A stretch of DNA of 64,000 nucleotides from Spirochaetia bacterium (GCA_965199955.1 CBDATQ010000002.1:1536001-1600000), one strand, 5' to 3'. Shown: positions 39,326 to 56,167, counted from the stretch's first letter. Numbers and translations are program-made. Notes: generated by a model from the sequence alone, not told the origin.

Positions 39326-40960
39326 GGGTACCGCCCGGGTGATGGAGGCGGCGACCTCGTCGATCAAGCGCCGCAGAGCGGCGCCGGGCAGATCGGCGAT
39401 GTCGTTGCGCGGATGGTCCGTCGCGAGGCGCGACTCCGAGATGATCCGTCGGGCCTGATTCTTGGACGGCGCCTTTCCCCGTCTCCTGCACCACGAGATG
39501 AGCGATTCCCGCCATGCGGTGACCAGACGGGACCGGGGCCGGGCGAGGATCCCGCGCAGCACGTGGATGAGCGCGTCATCCTCGCCATCCGGAGGCTTGC
39601 GCTTCAGGAAGACGGTGCCCACGTTCCCCTCCTGGAACCGGTCGGCAACCTCGAATCGGCTTTCGATGAGGCGGCGCAGGGGATTCGGGTGCGCGAACAG
39701 GTCCGCCACCGCCCTCTGCATCGCGCAGACCGCGAGGTCCTCCGCCTGGGAGCGCAGGCAGAGCCGGACCAGGTAGTCCGCGTGGTCGGGAAAGAGGCTG
39801 GCGATGACCGCGTGCCGGCAACGCTCGAGGGTGGCGGTGGACAGATAGGCTGCCAGAGGCATCAGCTCGGCGGCCGGAACCGAGGCCAACTGTGCCTGGT
39901 CGGCGGCGACGGCGACCGCGCGCCCTGGGGCGGCGAATCCGATCAGCCGCTCGATCACGGAATCGGGAATATTCCTCGTCGGCGACTCCTTGGCCGCGTG
40001 TCCCCGCGAGTAGATGCTTGCCGTTCCGGTCCATCGCTTCGCGGCGGCGCTGCTGCGCCGCGTCGGCCGCAGCACGTACAGATCGCTGCGGTTTCCCAGC
40101 GCGGGCGCACGCCGGTATTCGTTGAACTCCGGCTCGATGGCTTCGATGACCAGGCGGAGATCTCCGAGCACGGCCTGGACCTTGAGCGCGAGCGCCGCCT
40201 GGTGCTCGCCGACGCCGTAGGCGGCGCAGATCCGGGAGAAGGCGCCCTCGTTCAGAGCCTCGATGCCGCGCAGGAGAAAGAGCTTCATGCCGGCCGGGGT
40301 GTACGGCGGATCGGTGAAGACCAGGTCGAACCGGGCGGCGAGGCTGCGCGGCAACTCCAGCCGTAGATCGGTGAAGAAGGTCTCGGTCGGCGAGCCGCGC
40401 CGCCGGCGGACATCATCGACGAATGCCAGCACTCGCTCGTCCACGTCAGCCACGGCGATGCCGGCGCCGGGCGCGAGGCGCGCGAGGGCGAGGGCGGTCA
40501 GGTCGTGGTCGCCCAGCATCAGCACCGCCGCGCCGGTCAGGTCGAACCGTTGCGACAGGAACAGCGCCCGCTTCACCACGGTGACCGCGGTGGCTGCCAC
40601 TTGGTCCAGGTGACGGTTCGGGCCGGGACGCCCCGACAGGTCGGCGACCACTTCGGGGAGCAGCGGGTGCCGGCGCGCCGCTTCGTCCCAGGGGTCGCGG
40701 CGGTCAGGGGGCGGGCCGAAGGTCCTCATGGCTGCGTCCCGAGCCGCGTCCGTGAGGCGCACGCGATTTCGGTCGCGGCAGACGAACGGGTGCAGATGGT
40801 CGAGTATCTCCGTGACCGCCCGATGGGAGAGGCGGCAACGGGTGATCAGCTCATCCGGCGTTACCGCGTTCCCGAGCTCGTGGACCACCGCCCGAACGCG
40901 GCCGAACTCCAGTCCCCACCGCTCTCGGAGCTGCGTGCAGGCATCCTGAAGACCGGTCAT
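39281..40960 (-). CDS. N4-bis(aminopropyl)spermidine synthase (BpsA/DUF43)-like protein with C-terminal extension
   Basis: RP.P...LDQ..AT..TV.KRA, LGDHDLT, DVDER, DLR..LP, FDLVFTDPPYT..G..LF..RG, FNEY. Confidence 0.8.
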   Translation of the reverse strand: MTGLQDACTQLRERWGLEFGRVRAVVHELGNAVTPDELITRCRLSHRAVTEILDHLHPFVCRDRNRVRLTDAARDAAMRTFGPPPDRRDPWDEAARRHPLLPEVVADLSGRPGPNRHLDQVAATAVTVVKRALFLSQRFDLTGAAVLMLGDHDLTALALARLAPGAGIAVADVDERVLAFVDDVRRRRGSPTETFFTDLRLELPRSLAARFDLVFTDPPYTPAGMKLFLLRGIEALNEGAFSRICAAYGVGEHQAALALKVQAVLGDLRLVIEAIEPEFNEYRRAPALGNRSDLYVLRPTRRSSAAAKRWTGTASIYSRGHAAKESPTRNIPDSVIERLIGFAAPGRAVAVAADQAQLASVPAAELMPLAAYLSTATLERCRHAVIASLFPDHADYLVRLCLRSQAEDLAVCAMQRAVADLFAHPNPLRRLIESRFEVADRFQEGNVGTVFLKRKPPDGEDDALIHVLRGILARPRSRLVTAWRESLISWCRRRGKAPSKNQARRIISESRLATDHPRNDIADLPGAALRRLIDEVAASITRAVPWGRAVRDRRLLYRR

Positions 40961-40993
40961 CGATCGGTTTCAACCGCCGCGGAGCGCTACGGG

Positions 40994-42463
40994 TCAGGAC
41001 TCACCCGACGGGCGGTCCAGTCCGGCGGGACGTGTCCCCGCCCAGGGGCGGGCGGACTCGAACGCGGCGGAGGCGGCCAGCACGGTCATCTCGTCCTGCA
41101 TGGCTCCGACGATCTGCAGGCCGATCGGCATCCCCTCGGCGTCGAAGCCGCAGGGCACGGTGGCGGCGGGATTGCCGGACAGGTTGAACAGGTAGGTGAA
41201 CGGGGTGAAGCCGAAACGGCCGTGCACGACCGGCTCGCCCCCGACCGTCTGCGGATACTCGCCGATCCGAAACGCCGTGGTGGCGGTTGTGGGCGTCAGC
41301 AACAGGTCGTGTCCGGAGAAGAACCGGGCGGCGAACGTCTTGTAGCGGCCGATCTTGTTCATGCAGGTCAGGTAGTCGAGCGCCTGCGCGCGCCGGCCCT
41401 GCTCCAGGTCCTCCGTGAAGTAATCGGTGAGCTGCGCGGCCCGCTCCGGGTCGTGGAGCTGAGCGCTCCAGCGCCCGTACGCCCGGATGCAGAACATGTC
41501 CATGAAGGTGCGGAAGATCGCCTCGTGCCCGTCCGGGGCGTACTCGACCTCCTCGACCCGGGCTCCGAGCTCCTCGAAGACGCGCGCGGCGGCGCTCACC
41601 GCCGCCCGGACCTCGGGATCGCAGCCGGCGCCGCCCAGGCCGGTGGTGTCGAGCCCGACGCGCAGTCCGGCCACTCCGCGCGGCAGCGCCTCCGTGAAGT
41701 CCGGCGGCTCCTCCGGAAGTGTCCCGAACTCGGCGTCGTCGGCCGGCCCGGCCAGCACGTTCAGGAAGATCGCCGCGTCGCGGACGTCCCAGGTCATCGG
41801 CCCGACCGAGGAGTTGTTGAAGACGCTGTAGGAGTGCTCGTCCACGTGCTTGCGCGGCACGCGCCCCTGCGTCGCCTTGATGCCGTAGATCCCGGACAGC
41901 GAGCCGGGGATGCGGATCGAGCCGCCTCCGTCCGAGCCCTGGGCGATCGCGGTGATGCCGGCGGCCACCGCCACCGCCGCGCCGCCGCTGGAGCCTCCGG
42001 GCGTGCGCGCGGGGTTCCAGGGGTTGCGCGCGGGGCCGGTCACCCGGTTCTCGGTGGTGCCGTTGTGGCCGTGCTCGGGGGTGTTGGTCTTGCCGGCGAT
42101 GATGCCGCCGGCCGCGCGCACGCGGTCGGTGCACATCGCGCTCGATGTTGCGATCCCGTCGTCGACCAGCGACCCCTGGGACAGCCGGAAACCCTCGACC
42201 GCTTCCAGGTCCTTGATCGGCACCGGTATGCCGTGCAGGGGGCCCAGCTCGCGGCCGTCCATGACCGCCTGCTCGGCGGCGCGGGCCTCGTCCATGGCGT
42301 GGTCGGCCATGACCGTGACGAACCCGCCGAGCGACCCGTCGAGCCGCTCGATGCGGTCGAGCGTGAACTGCATCAGCTCGACCGGCGACAATCGGCGCGT
42401 GCCGATCAGGCCGCGCAGGACGTGCGCGGGAGTGTAGGCGAGATCAGGGCTGGACGCTGGCAT
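40994..42463 (-). CDS. Amidase (amidase-signature family)
   Basis: GPLHGIP..IKD, GKTNTPE, GGSSGG, GSDGGGSIRIP. Confidence 0.93.
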   Translation of the reverse strand: MPASSPDLAYTPAHVLRGLIGTRRLSPVELMQFTLDRIERLDGSLGGFVTVMADHAMDEARAAEQAVMDGRELGPLHGIPVPIKDLEAVEGFRLSQGSLVDDGIATSSAMCTDRVRAAGGIIAGKTNTPEHGHNGTTENRVTGPARNPWNPARTPGGSSGGAAVAVAAGITAIAQGSDGGGSIRIPGSLSGIYGIKATQGRVPRKHVDEHSYSVFNNSSVGPMTWDVRDAAIFLNVLAGPADDAEFGTLPEEPPDFTEALPRGVAGLRVGLDTTGLGGAGCDPEVRAAVSAAARVFEELGARVEEVEYAPDGHEAIFRTFMDMFCIRAYGRWSAQLHDPERAAQLTDYFTEDLEQGRRAQALDYLTCMNKIGRYKTFAARFFSGHDLLLTPTTATTAFRIGEYPQTVGGEPVVHGRFGFTPFTYLFNLSGNPAATVPCGFDAEGMPIGLQIVGAMQDEMTVLAASAAFESARPWAGTRPAGLDRPSGES

Positions 42464-42638
42464 GGGACATGGACCTCCGAATCGCGGGTTGACCGGCCGG
42501 CTCTGTTGACGGGGGTTTCCCGCAAGCCGCCGTTATGCTTTATCATGCACCATGGTAGGGCTCACCCGCGGAGCGTCTGTCGTCCTGCCATAACGCGCTC
42601 CGGAAAAAGGTTGTAGTACAGTCGGTCGAAATCGAATC

Positions 42639-47303
<4,665 letters not shown>

Positions 47304-47330
47304 CCGCGCCTGCCGCGGTCGCACGAAACC

Positions 47331-48791
<1,461 letters not shown>

Positions 48792-49292
48792 TTGCCACGC
48801 GGCAGGCTACCGTTTGCCTCGCCGAACCCGAACTACGAGTACCCCCAGGAGCGCATCAACGAGGCGCTGGCGGAACTGCCCCCGGTCGGCTGATCCGGAA
48901 CGCGGGCGGGCCGAGCGTCGCCTCAGACGCCGGCCTGACGGGCCGCGGTCTCGGTGTGGTCGCGGAATTCGTCGAAGGAGCAGCTTCCGTATGACTGCGG
49001 ACAGGCGAACGTCTGTTCCGTGCGCAGGAGGTCCGCGCGCGACTCGTTGAGGCGCAGGGCGCGGGCTACGAACTGCCCCCAGGTGCCGAGCCCGGCCTTG
49101 TGGTCGCCGCTGTACCGACCTGCGCTCGCTGCGCTCGTTCCACGCCGACTACCCGGAGGCAGTTTGTCTGCTCCTGCACCTGGGTGAGGAGGAGTTGTCC
49201 ATCGACGGCGTCCTGTGCTTGCCGTGCGAGCGGTTCCTTCGCCGACTGCATCTGCGAGACGCGCTGTCATCGCGCGACTACACTCGCCTCCG

Positions 49293-50132
49293 ATGAGATT
49301 CCCAACGCGGCAGATCGAGCGCTTCCGCCACGACGGCTACCTGGCCGTGCCCGGCTTCTACGGCGCGGACGAAGTCGCCGCGCTGCAGGCCGAGGTGGAG
49401 CGATTCAAGCGCGAGGGGCTGGTCCGTAACGTGGCCACGGACGGGGACGGCACGACCCACTCGACCACCAAGGCCAACCTGCAGCTCATCCCGCTGTTCG
49501 ACAAGAGCGACCTGGTCCGGGCGCTGCCGTTTGACGCGAAGGTGGTGGAGGCCGTGAGCCAACTGATCGGCGACCCGTTCCTGCTGCACCTGGACCAGAT
49601 GTTCCTCAAGCCGGCCCGCCACGGCGCCGGCACGGCCTGGCATCAGGACAACGCCTACTTCAGGATCGCCGACCCCCTGCGCGGCACGGCGATGTGGATC
49701 GCCATCCACGACGCCACCCTCGCCAACGGCACCCTGCACCTGATCCCCGGCAGCCACCGCGAGCGCTACGAGCACCGCCGCGACCTCGACTCCGACCACC
49801 ACATCCGCGCTTGGCCGCCCGAGGAGCGGGCTGTGCCGATCGAGCTGGAAGCAGGCGGCGTCGCCTTCTTCTGCTACGGCACCGCCCATTGCACGCGGGC
49901 CAACGCCACCGACTGCGAGCGGGCAGGCATGGCGTTCCACTTCCTGCACGCCGACTACGCGGCCCCCGACCTGGTAGAGGGCGACCGCCGCACCCGTCCC
50001 TACGTGACCGGTCCCTGCGCCACCGGCGGCCGCGCGGAGTACTGCGTCGAGGTCGCGGGCACTTGGGAACGGGAAGTGGAACGCGTGAACGGCGCGCTGG
50101 ACTCTGGTTGTGGGGCGACCAAGTCTCCATAG
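49293..50132 (+). CDS. PhyH family dioxygenase
   Basis: FRHDGYL, FLKP, WHQDNAY, WIA..DAT..NG.L..IPGSH, TAH. Confidence 0.92.
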   Translation: MRFPTRQIERFRHDGYLAVPGFYGADEVAALQAEVERFKREGLVRNVATDGDGTTHSTTKANLQLIPLFDKSDLVRALPFDAKVVEAVSQLIGDPFLLHLDQMFLKPARHGAGTAWHQDNAYFRIADPLRGTAMWIAIHDATLANGTLHLIPGSHRERYEHRRDLDSDHHIRAWPPEERAVPIELEAGGVAFFCYGTAHCTRANATDCERAGMAFHFLHADYAAPDLVEGDRRTRPYVTGPCATGGRAEYCVEVAGTWEREVERVNGALDSGCGATKSP

Positions 50133-50165
50133 CGGTGGCGGCCGGGCTCGTGTATCCTCGTCTCG

Positions 50166-50398
50166 ATGTCTGAGCGGTCTCAGTCCGTCATCGCCGACGC
50201 GCTCGCGCTGCCGCCCCTTACACCGTCCCGTACGAGCAGATCAAGAGACAACTCTCTCAACCGTGACGGTTGAGTTCCTGCCGCAGGCCCGAACGGAATG
50301 GGCCGAAGCCATCGCTTTCTACAACGAGCAACGCTCCAATCTTGGATACGAGTTCGCCATAGAGGTCGATCGTACCGTAGACCGGATCCGGCAGCATC
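50166..50398 (+). pseudogene. Decayed addiction-module antitoxin + ParE/RelE toxin pair
   Basis: MSERSQSVIADALALPP, deletion, TVPYEQIKRQLSQP*; overlaps (GTGA) VEFLPQARTEWAEAIAFYNEQRSNLGYEF..EV....RI, truncated. Confidence 0.72.
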
Positions 50399-50422
50399 AT
50401 GGACATGCAGGAGGAGGCAGGC

Positions 50423-51289
50423 ATGGCGGCACTCGGTGACGAGCAAGTTGCGTTCTTTCGCAAGTTCGGCTTCTTGATCTTTCGTCGATTATTGGGCGCC
50501 GACGAGGTCGAGACCATCGCGCGCGAAGCGGAAGTCGCAATCGAGGAGATCTATCAGGGCCGGGAAGGCGGCTACCGGGGAAGGTGGGCACCGCTCCAGC
50601 GCCCGTCCACCCCGTTCAGCGCCTCCCTGCTCGAGGACCCGCGTTTCTACGGCATCGCGACCGAGCTGTTCGATGAGAGTCTCATCGGCCTCATGTCCGA
50701 CATGCTGGTATGGCTTGGCGACACCGTTTGGCACCGCGACCAGGATGTGCCCGGCAACACAGGACTGAAGTTCCTCTACTACTTCGACTCGCTTACGACG
50801 GAGACCGGCTGCCTGCGCGTCGTGCCGGGCTCCCACCTGGAGCCGGATCGAAGCGAGGTCGGCGACGTCGAGCCGGTACGCCTTGCCTCGGGCCAGGAAC
50901 ACTACATGCAGATCGTGCGCCAGCTCGCGGGCCGGGACCCCGCCGAAGTGCCGCCCGACCAGGTGCTGCTGCCGCCGGTGGCCGTGGAGACCGTCCCTGG
51001 TGACGTGATCGTCTTTGCGCTGCCGCTGCTCCACGCCAGCTTCGGCGGCGCTCCCAACCGGCGTATCGGCTCCAGCATTTACTGGGCTCCGTCAGGAACG
51101 CCGGAGCTGGCAGAGGCCCGGCGCCGCGAAGCGGGCATCATTCAGAGCAACCATCACCGGATGTTCAACTACCCGACCGACGCGCCGTTCGCGCACCCCG
51201 ACTGGATCGCCGGGGCCGCGGGCAATCCCGTACGAGAGCGATGGGTGGAGTGCCTGCGCGACCTGGAGTGGATCCCGCGGCCGGTGTGA
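50423..51289 (+). CDS. PhyH family dioxygenase
   Basis: FFRKFGFL, WHRD, GCLRVVPGSH, PGDVIVF...LLHAS. Confidence 0.88.
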   Translation: MAALGDEQVAFFRKFGFLIFRRLLGADEVETIAREAEVAIEEIYQGREGGYRGRWAPLQRPSTPFSASLLEDPRFYGIATELFDESLIGLMSDMLVWLGDTVWHRDQDVPGNTGLKFLYYFDSLTTETGCLRVVPGSHLEPDRSEVGDVEPVRLASGQEHYMQIVRQLAGRDPAEVPPDQVLLPPVAVETVPGDVIVFALPLLHASFGGAPNRRIGSSIYWAPSGTPELAEARRREAGIIQSNHHRMFNYPTDAPFAHPDWIAGAAGNPVRERWVECLRDLEWIPRPV

Positions 51290-51314
51290 CTCGGCCGGCA
51301 AATCCGGCAACATC

Positions 51315-53255
51315 ATGGACATGTCGACTATCGCACCGTACGGCACGTGGGAGTCGCCGATCACCGCGGACCTGATCGTCCAGGACGCGGTGCAGCTCGG
51401 GTCGATCCAGCTCGACGGCTCCGACGTGTATTGGACGGAGATGCGTCCCGCCGAGGGTGGACGCACCGTGATCGTCCGGAGCACGCCGGACGGAGCGGCG
51501 CGGGACGTGACGCCGGCGCCGTTCAACGTGCGCACGCGGGTGCACGAGTACGGCGGGCTGTGCTTCTGGATCGCGGAGGGCGTGGTGTGGTTCGCCAACT
51601 TCGCCGACCAGCGGCTCTACCGGCACGAGCCGGGCGCGGCGCCGGTGGCCATCACTCCGGAGGGCGTGGACCTGCGCTACGGCGACGGCATGGTGGACCG
51701 CGCGCGGGGCCGCTTGGTGTGCGTCCGCGAGGACCACCGCGACGCGGGGCGCGAAGCGGTCAACACCGTCGTCGCGCTGGACCTGGCGGCCGGCGGTGCC
51801 GGCGAGGTGCTGGTGTCCGGCAGCGACTTCTACGGCTACCCGGCGGTGAGCCCCGACGGCACCCGGCTGGCGTGGCTGGCATGGAACCATCCGCACATGC
51901 CCTGGGACGAGAGCGAGCTGTGGGTGGCCGACCTGCGTGCCGGCGGCTCGGTCGCCGCGCCGCGGAAGATCGTCGGCGGCCGCGGCGAGTCGGTGTTCCA
52001 GCCGGAGTGGTCCCCCGACGGCGTGCTCCACTTCGTCTCGGACCGGAGCGGCTGGTGGAACCTGTACCGCTGGCGGGACGCTCAGTGCGAGGCGATGGCG
52101 CCGATGCAGGCCGAGTTCGGGGCGCCGGCATGGCAACTCGGCACCCGCACCTACGCCTTCGAGTCGGCAGGCCGCATCGTCTGCCGGTACGTGCGCGATG
52201 GCCGCTGGCACGTGGCGGCGCTGGACACCCGGAGCAAGCGGCTGGCCCCGGTCGAGACTCCCTTCACCGATCCGTCGCGTGGCGACATCAAGGCCGGCCG
52301 CGGGCGGGTGGTGATGGTCGCTGCCTCGGCGAGCCTCCCCAGTTGTCTGGTGTCGCTGGATCTGGCCAGCGGCCGGATCACTCGGTTACAGGAGTCGCAG
52401 AAGGTCACGATGGACGAGGGGTACCTCTCCGCCCCGCGCCCCCTCGCGTTCGAGACAGCGGACGGCAAGACCGCGCACGCCCTGTACTACCCGCCGCGCA
52501 ACCGTGACTTCGCAGGCCCGCCGGAGGAGCGGCCGCCACTGCTGGTGATGAGCCATGGCGGGCCGACCAGCGCGGCCTCGACCGCGTTGAGCCTCGGCAC
52601 CCAGTACTGGACCAGCCGCGGCATCGCGGTGGTGGACGTGAACTACGGAGGTAGCACCGGCTACGGCACCGCCTACCGGCGCCGGCTCAACGGGAAGTGG
52701 GGGATCGTGGACGTGGACGACTGCGTCAACGCCGCCCTGCACCTGGTCCGCGCCGGCGAGGTGGACGGCGATCGGCTGCTGATCACCGGCGGAAGCGCCG
52801 GCGGCTTCACCACGCTGGCCGCGCTGACCTTCCGCGACGTGTTCCGCGCCGGGGCCAGCTACTACGGGGTGAGCGACCTCGAAGCGCTTGCCAGGGACAC
52901 CCACAAGTTCGAGTCGCGCTACCTGGACTCCCTGATCGGTCCGTATCCCGAGCAGCGCGACCGCTACCGGGCGCGCTCGCCGATCCACCACACCGACCGT
53001 CTCTCCTGCCCGATCATCCTGCTGCAGGGTCTGGAGGACCGGGTCGTGCCCCCGAGTCAGGCCGAGGAAATGCTTGAGGCCATGCGCCGGAAAGGGCTGC
53101 CGGTCGCCTACCTGCCGTTCGCCGGCGAACAGCACGGCTTCCGCAAGGCCAAGAACGCGAAGCGCGCCCTCGAAGCCGAGCTCTTCTTTTACTCCCGCAT
53201 CCTCGGCTTCACCCCGGGCGACGCGATCGAACCGGTAGCGATCGAGAACCTCTAG
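51315..53255 (+). CDS. S9 family peptidase (prolyl oligopeptidase/dipeptidyl aminopeptidase)
   Basis: APYGTWESPI, HGGPT, NYGGSTGYG, GGSAGG, QGLED.VVP, GEQHGF. Confidence 0.95.
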   Translation: MDMSTIAPYGTWESPITADLIVQDAVQLGSIQLDGSDVYWTEMRPAEGGRTVIVRSTPDGAARDVTPAPFNVRTRVHEYGGLCFWIAEGVVWFANFADQRLYRHEPGAAPVAITPEGVDLRYGDGMVDRARGRLVCVREDHRDAGREAVNTVVALDLAAGGAGEVLVSGSDFYGYPAVSPDGTRLAWLAWNHPHMPWDESELWVADLRAGGSVAAPRKIVGGRGESVFQPEWSPDGVLHFVSDRSGWWNLYRWRDAQCEAMAPMQAEFGAPAWQLGTRTYAFESAGRIVCRYVRDGRWHVAALDTRSKRLAPVETPFTDPSRGDIKAGRGRVVMVAASASLPSCLVSLDLASGRITRLQESQKVTMDEGYLSAPRPLAFETADGKTAHALYYPPRNRDFAGPPEERPPLLVMSHGGPTSAASTALSLGTQYWTSRGIAVVDVNYGGSTGYGTAYRRRLNGKWGIVDVDDCVNAALHLVRAGEVDGDRLLITGGSAGGFTTLAALTFRDVFRAGASYYGVSDLEALARDTHKFESRYLDSLIGPYPEQRDRYRARSPIHHTDRLSCPIILLQGLEDRVVPPSQAEEMLEAMRRKGLPVAYLPFAGEQHGFRKAKNAKRALEAELFFYSRILGFTPGDAIEPVAIENL

Positions 53256-53256
53256 C

Positions 53257-55246
53257 CCGAAGTTCCAGGAGCGAAATTGCCTGAAGTCCTTGTGGTCAGG
53301 GTAGTTTCTCAATGGTGCAGGTTCCTGTGCATGGCTACATGCGGGGCGTGACCCCAAGCAGCTCGAAACAGCGCTGCTGAACCGGCGTCGGGTGCGTGTG
53401 CAGCGTGAACGTGCTGCCGCCCTCTGCAACCTGCATCGTGTTCGCCGTCAGCGTGCCCAGCTCAGTGATCAGCGTGCGAAAGCTGTGCACCGGCAACCCG
53501 TCCTCGGTGCGCTTGCTCGACGCCTTGGCCGCCGCGGCCGCCGATCGCTGCCGGAGCCACCTCGGAGACCCGCTTGCGCTCGGCGCCCTGTCGATCGTGA
53601 TCGTCGAACAGCAACGGCGCCAGCGAGCGCCGCATGTGCCACTCCACGTAGTAGGCCAGCATGCACAGCAGCACGTGCGCCCGCACCCGATCGGCGCGCC
53701 GGTGGTGAATCGGGCGCACCTTCAGGTCCACGGACTTCATGCACCGAAACGCCCGCTCCACCTTCGACAGCCCCTTGTAGGCGCGCACCGTCTGCGCCGC
53801 GTCGAGCACCTGCGGCTCCACGTTGCTGCGCACGATGTACAGCCCGTCCAGCGCCTGCTCGGCGTCGATCTTGGCCTCATCGCGCCGAAAGCTGAACGAC
53901 TCGGAGGTGATCTCGGTCACGAAGTGCTTGCCCACCTTGTAGTGATTGATCACCTTGCCGACCCGCATGCCGATCTCGGCCTCGCCCCGTAGCGGCTGAT
54001 GGACGCGCTGGGTGGCCTGAGCGATCGGGGCCAGCTTCTGCTCGGTGGCCTGTAGCAGCTCCTGGCGCTTGCGCTCCCGTTCGTCGGCCAGCAACGGGTT
54101 GCGGCACACGATCAGCCGCTCGCCCGGAAACTCCTCGCTGGTGATCTCGGCCAGGTCGCGCTCGTCGAACAACGACGGCGCCACCTCGCCGGCGGCCACC
54201 AGCTTGCGGATCGTCGGCGCGCGCAGCGTGGTGATCCAGCGCAGCCCCTCCACCTCTTGCAGGTCCTCGCGGATCCTCGCCGCGCTCAGCATCCCGCGGT
54301 CGCCGACCAGCACCACCCGCGTGAGCCCGAAGCGGGTGCGGATCTTGTCCACCTGCGCGCTCACCGTCTTCGGGTCGGCGGTAGAGCCAGGGAATACCTC
54401 CACCGCCACCGGACAGCCTTCCTGGGTGCACAGCAGCCCGAACACGATCTGCAGCGTGCCCGACTTGCCGTCACGGCTGTGTCCCAACTGCGCCAGCTCG
54501 CAGTGGCTGCCCTCGAAGTAGGTCGAGCTCACGTCGTAGAGCACCAGCGTGTGCTCGCTGAGGTGCTGTTCGGCCAGGCGGTCCTCGATCGCCGCCTGGC
54601 GCCCGACCAACCAGTCCATCGCCTCGTAGAGCTCGTTCTCATCGACCTCCCCCAACCGCAGCGACTCGCCCAGGGTGGACACGGCGCTGGGCGGTGAGAG
54701 CGCGCGGGCGGTGGCCAGTTTGGACTGCGCGTCGATGACGCGGGCGGTGATCATGGCGATGATCAGCTCGCGCGAGCGGCTGGCCTTGCGGGCGATGAGG
54801 GTATGGAGTCCGAGCTGCTTGAGGATGCCCAGCACGGCGGCGACGTGGCCGTGGGGCAGCGAGCGCGTGAGCAGCAACGCATCCGAGACCGAGGCGAAGG
54901 CGTGGCCGCCCTTGAGCAGGGTGCGCAAGCCGTCGACCAGATCAGGGGGCCATTTGGAGAGGTTCGCGAGCGTGCGCTTCTTGACCTTGCCGTGCTCGCG
55001 GTAGGACTCGCGGAGCAGGATGGCAGGGGGAGAGGAGCGGTTGGGGACAGACTCGATGTACATGACTACTGATCTGTGGCAACAGAATACACACAAGTCA
55101 CGATATGTCAAGATCAAATAGCATGTATCTCGCCGCTATTCACCACCATCTACATGGACACGAAACGACGCCAATCAGCACGCAGATCACCTTTCAACTA
55201 ATTTCTGTCAATGAAGTTACGAGAGATTCACGCTCTGGAACTTCGG
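53257..55246 (-). mobile_element. IS1634-family insertion sequence, copy 2 (1990 bp, inverted relative to copy 1)
   Basis: Same IRs as copy 1; 6-bp TSD TCTAGC at 53251-53256 and 55247-55252. Confidence 0.93.
53335..55063 (-). pseudogene. IS1634 transposase with 3' frameshift
   Basis: Protein identical to copy 1 until a 2-bp deletion near 53550 (CCGGCGCAGCG vs CCGGCAGCG) replaces the C-terminal ~70 aa. Confidence 0.88.
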
Positions 55247-55254
55247 TCTAGCTA

Positions 55255-56097
55255 GTGGACCGTACCATCTGCTTTCGTACTGTGATTGGAGGTATGGGAG
55301 AGGGAATCGTATTGACCGAAGCCGAGCATCGCGAACTCACCAAGCGGGCCAGGAGTCGCACTGGTCGAGCCGAGGATGCGCGCCGTGCGCGCGTCATTCT
55401 GCTGCTCGCTGAGCGACTCACGTGGGACGTAGTGTGCGAACGAGCCGAGTGCAGCCGCGGCTTCGTGGCGATGTGGGCTGGCCGCTTTCGGGCCGAGCGA
55501 TTGGCAGGACTGTACAGCCGGCACCGCGGTCAGAAGCCGTTTCGCTGCACGCCGAGCGTGGAGGCCAGGATCCTCAACGCCACGCGCAAGGCGCCGACCG
55601 ATGGCGCCACGCACTGGAGCACGCGCCGCCTGGCGGCGAAGCTGGGAGTGTCGCACGGCACGCTGGCGCTGTACGCGGCGTTCAATACGAAGACCGGCGA
55701 GGTGCTCGGCAAGACCGCCACGCGGCACACCTCGGAGCAGTTTGTGGCGTTTCTGCGCGAGATCGTGGCGCATCAGCCGGCCGGCCAGGAGATTCATGTG
55801 ATCGCCGACAACCTGTCGGCGCACAAGATGAAGCGAGTGCAGGAGTTTCTGAGCGACCATCCGACGGTGCGGCTGCATTTCACGCCGACCTACTCGTCGT
55901 GGTTGAACCAGGTGGAGCTGTGGTTTGCGAAGATCTCGCGCGACGTGATCACCCGCGGAGTGTTCAGTTCAGTGGCGGATCTGAAGAGCAAGCTGATGAG
56001 ATACATCCGCGAATACAACAAGAATCCGCGGGTCGTGAAGTGGCATTATGTTGATCCGTCACGACACATCGGTGCATGAATTCTCGTTACAGTCCAC
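55255..56097 (+). mobile_element. IS630-family element with internally deleted transposase (CDS 55294-56079)
   Basis: Imperfect IRs GTGGACCGTAC / GTTACAGTCCAC with CTAG flanks; HTH, THWSTR, DNLSAHK, FTPTYSSWLNQVE; the segment between GVSH and HGTL is absent. Confidence 0.85.
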
Positions 56098-56101
56098 CTA
56101 G

Positions 56102-56157
56102 ATCCACCCGGACGGCGGCAGGAAGTGGAAGCGCGGCCGGTAGCGGTCGTCGATCGC
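56102..56157 (-). pseudogene. N-terminal stub of a GH32 glycoside hydrolase
   Basis: IDDRYRPRFHFLPPSGWI, ending exactly at the IS630 boundary just before the expected NDPNG. Confidence 0.55.
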
Positions 56158-56167
56158 GGCCGGGCCG

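Noticed and set aside
48792..49270. Coding-like fragments after gltD (PNPNYEYPQERINEALAELPPVG* on +, and a 115-aa ORF on -)
   Set aside because: Probably more gene debris, but I cannot assign a family or a start codon
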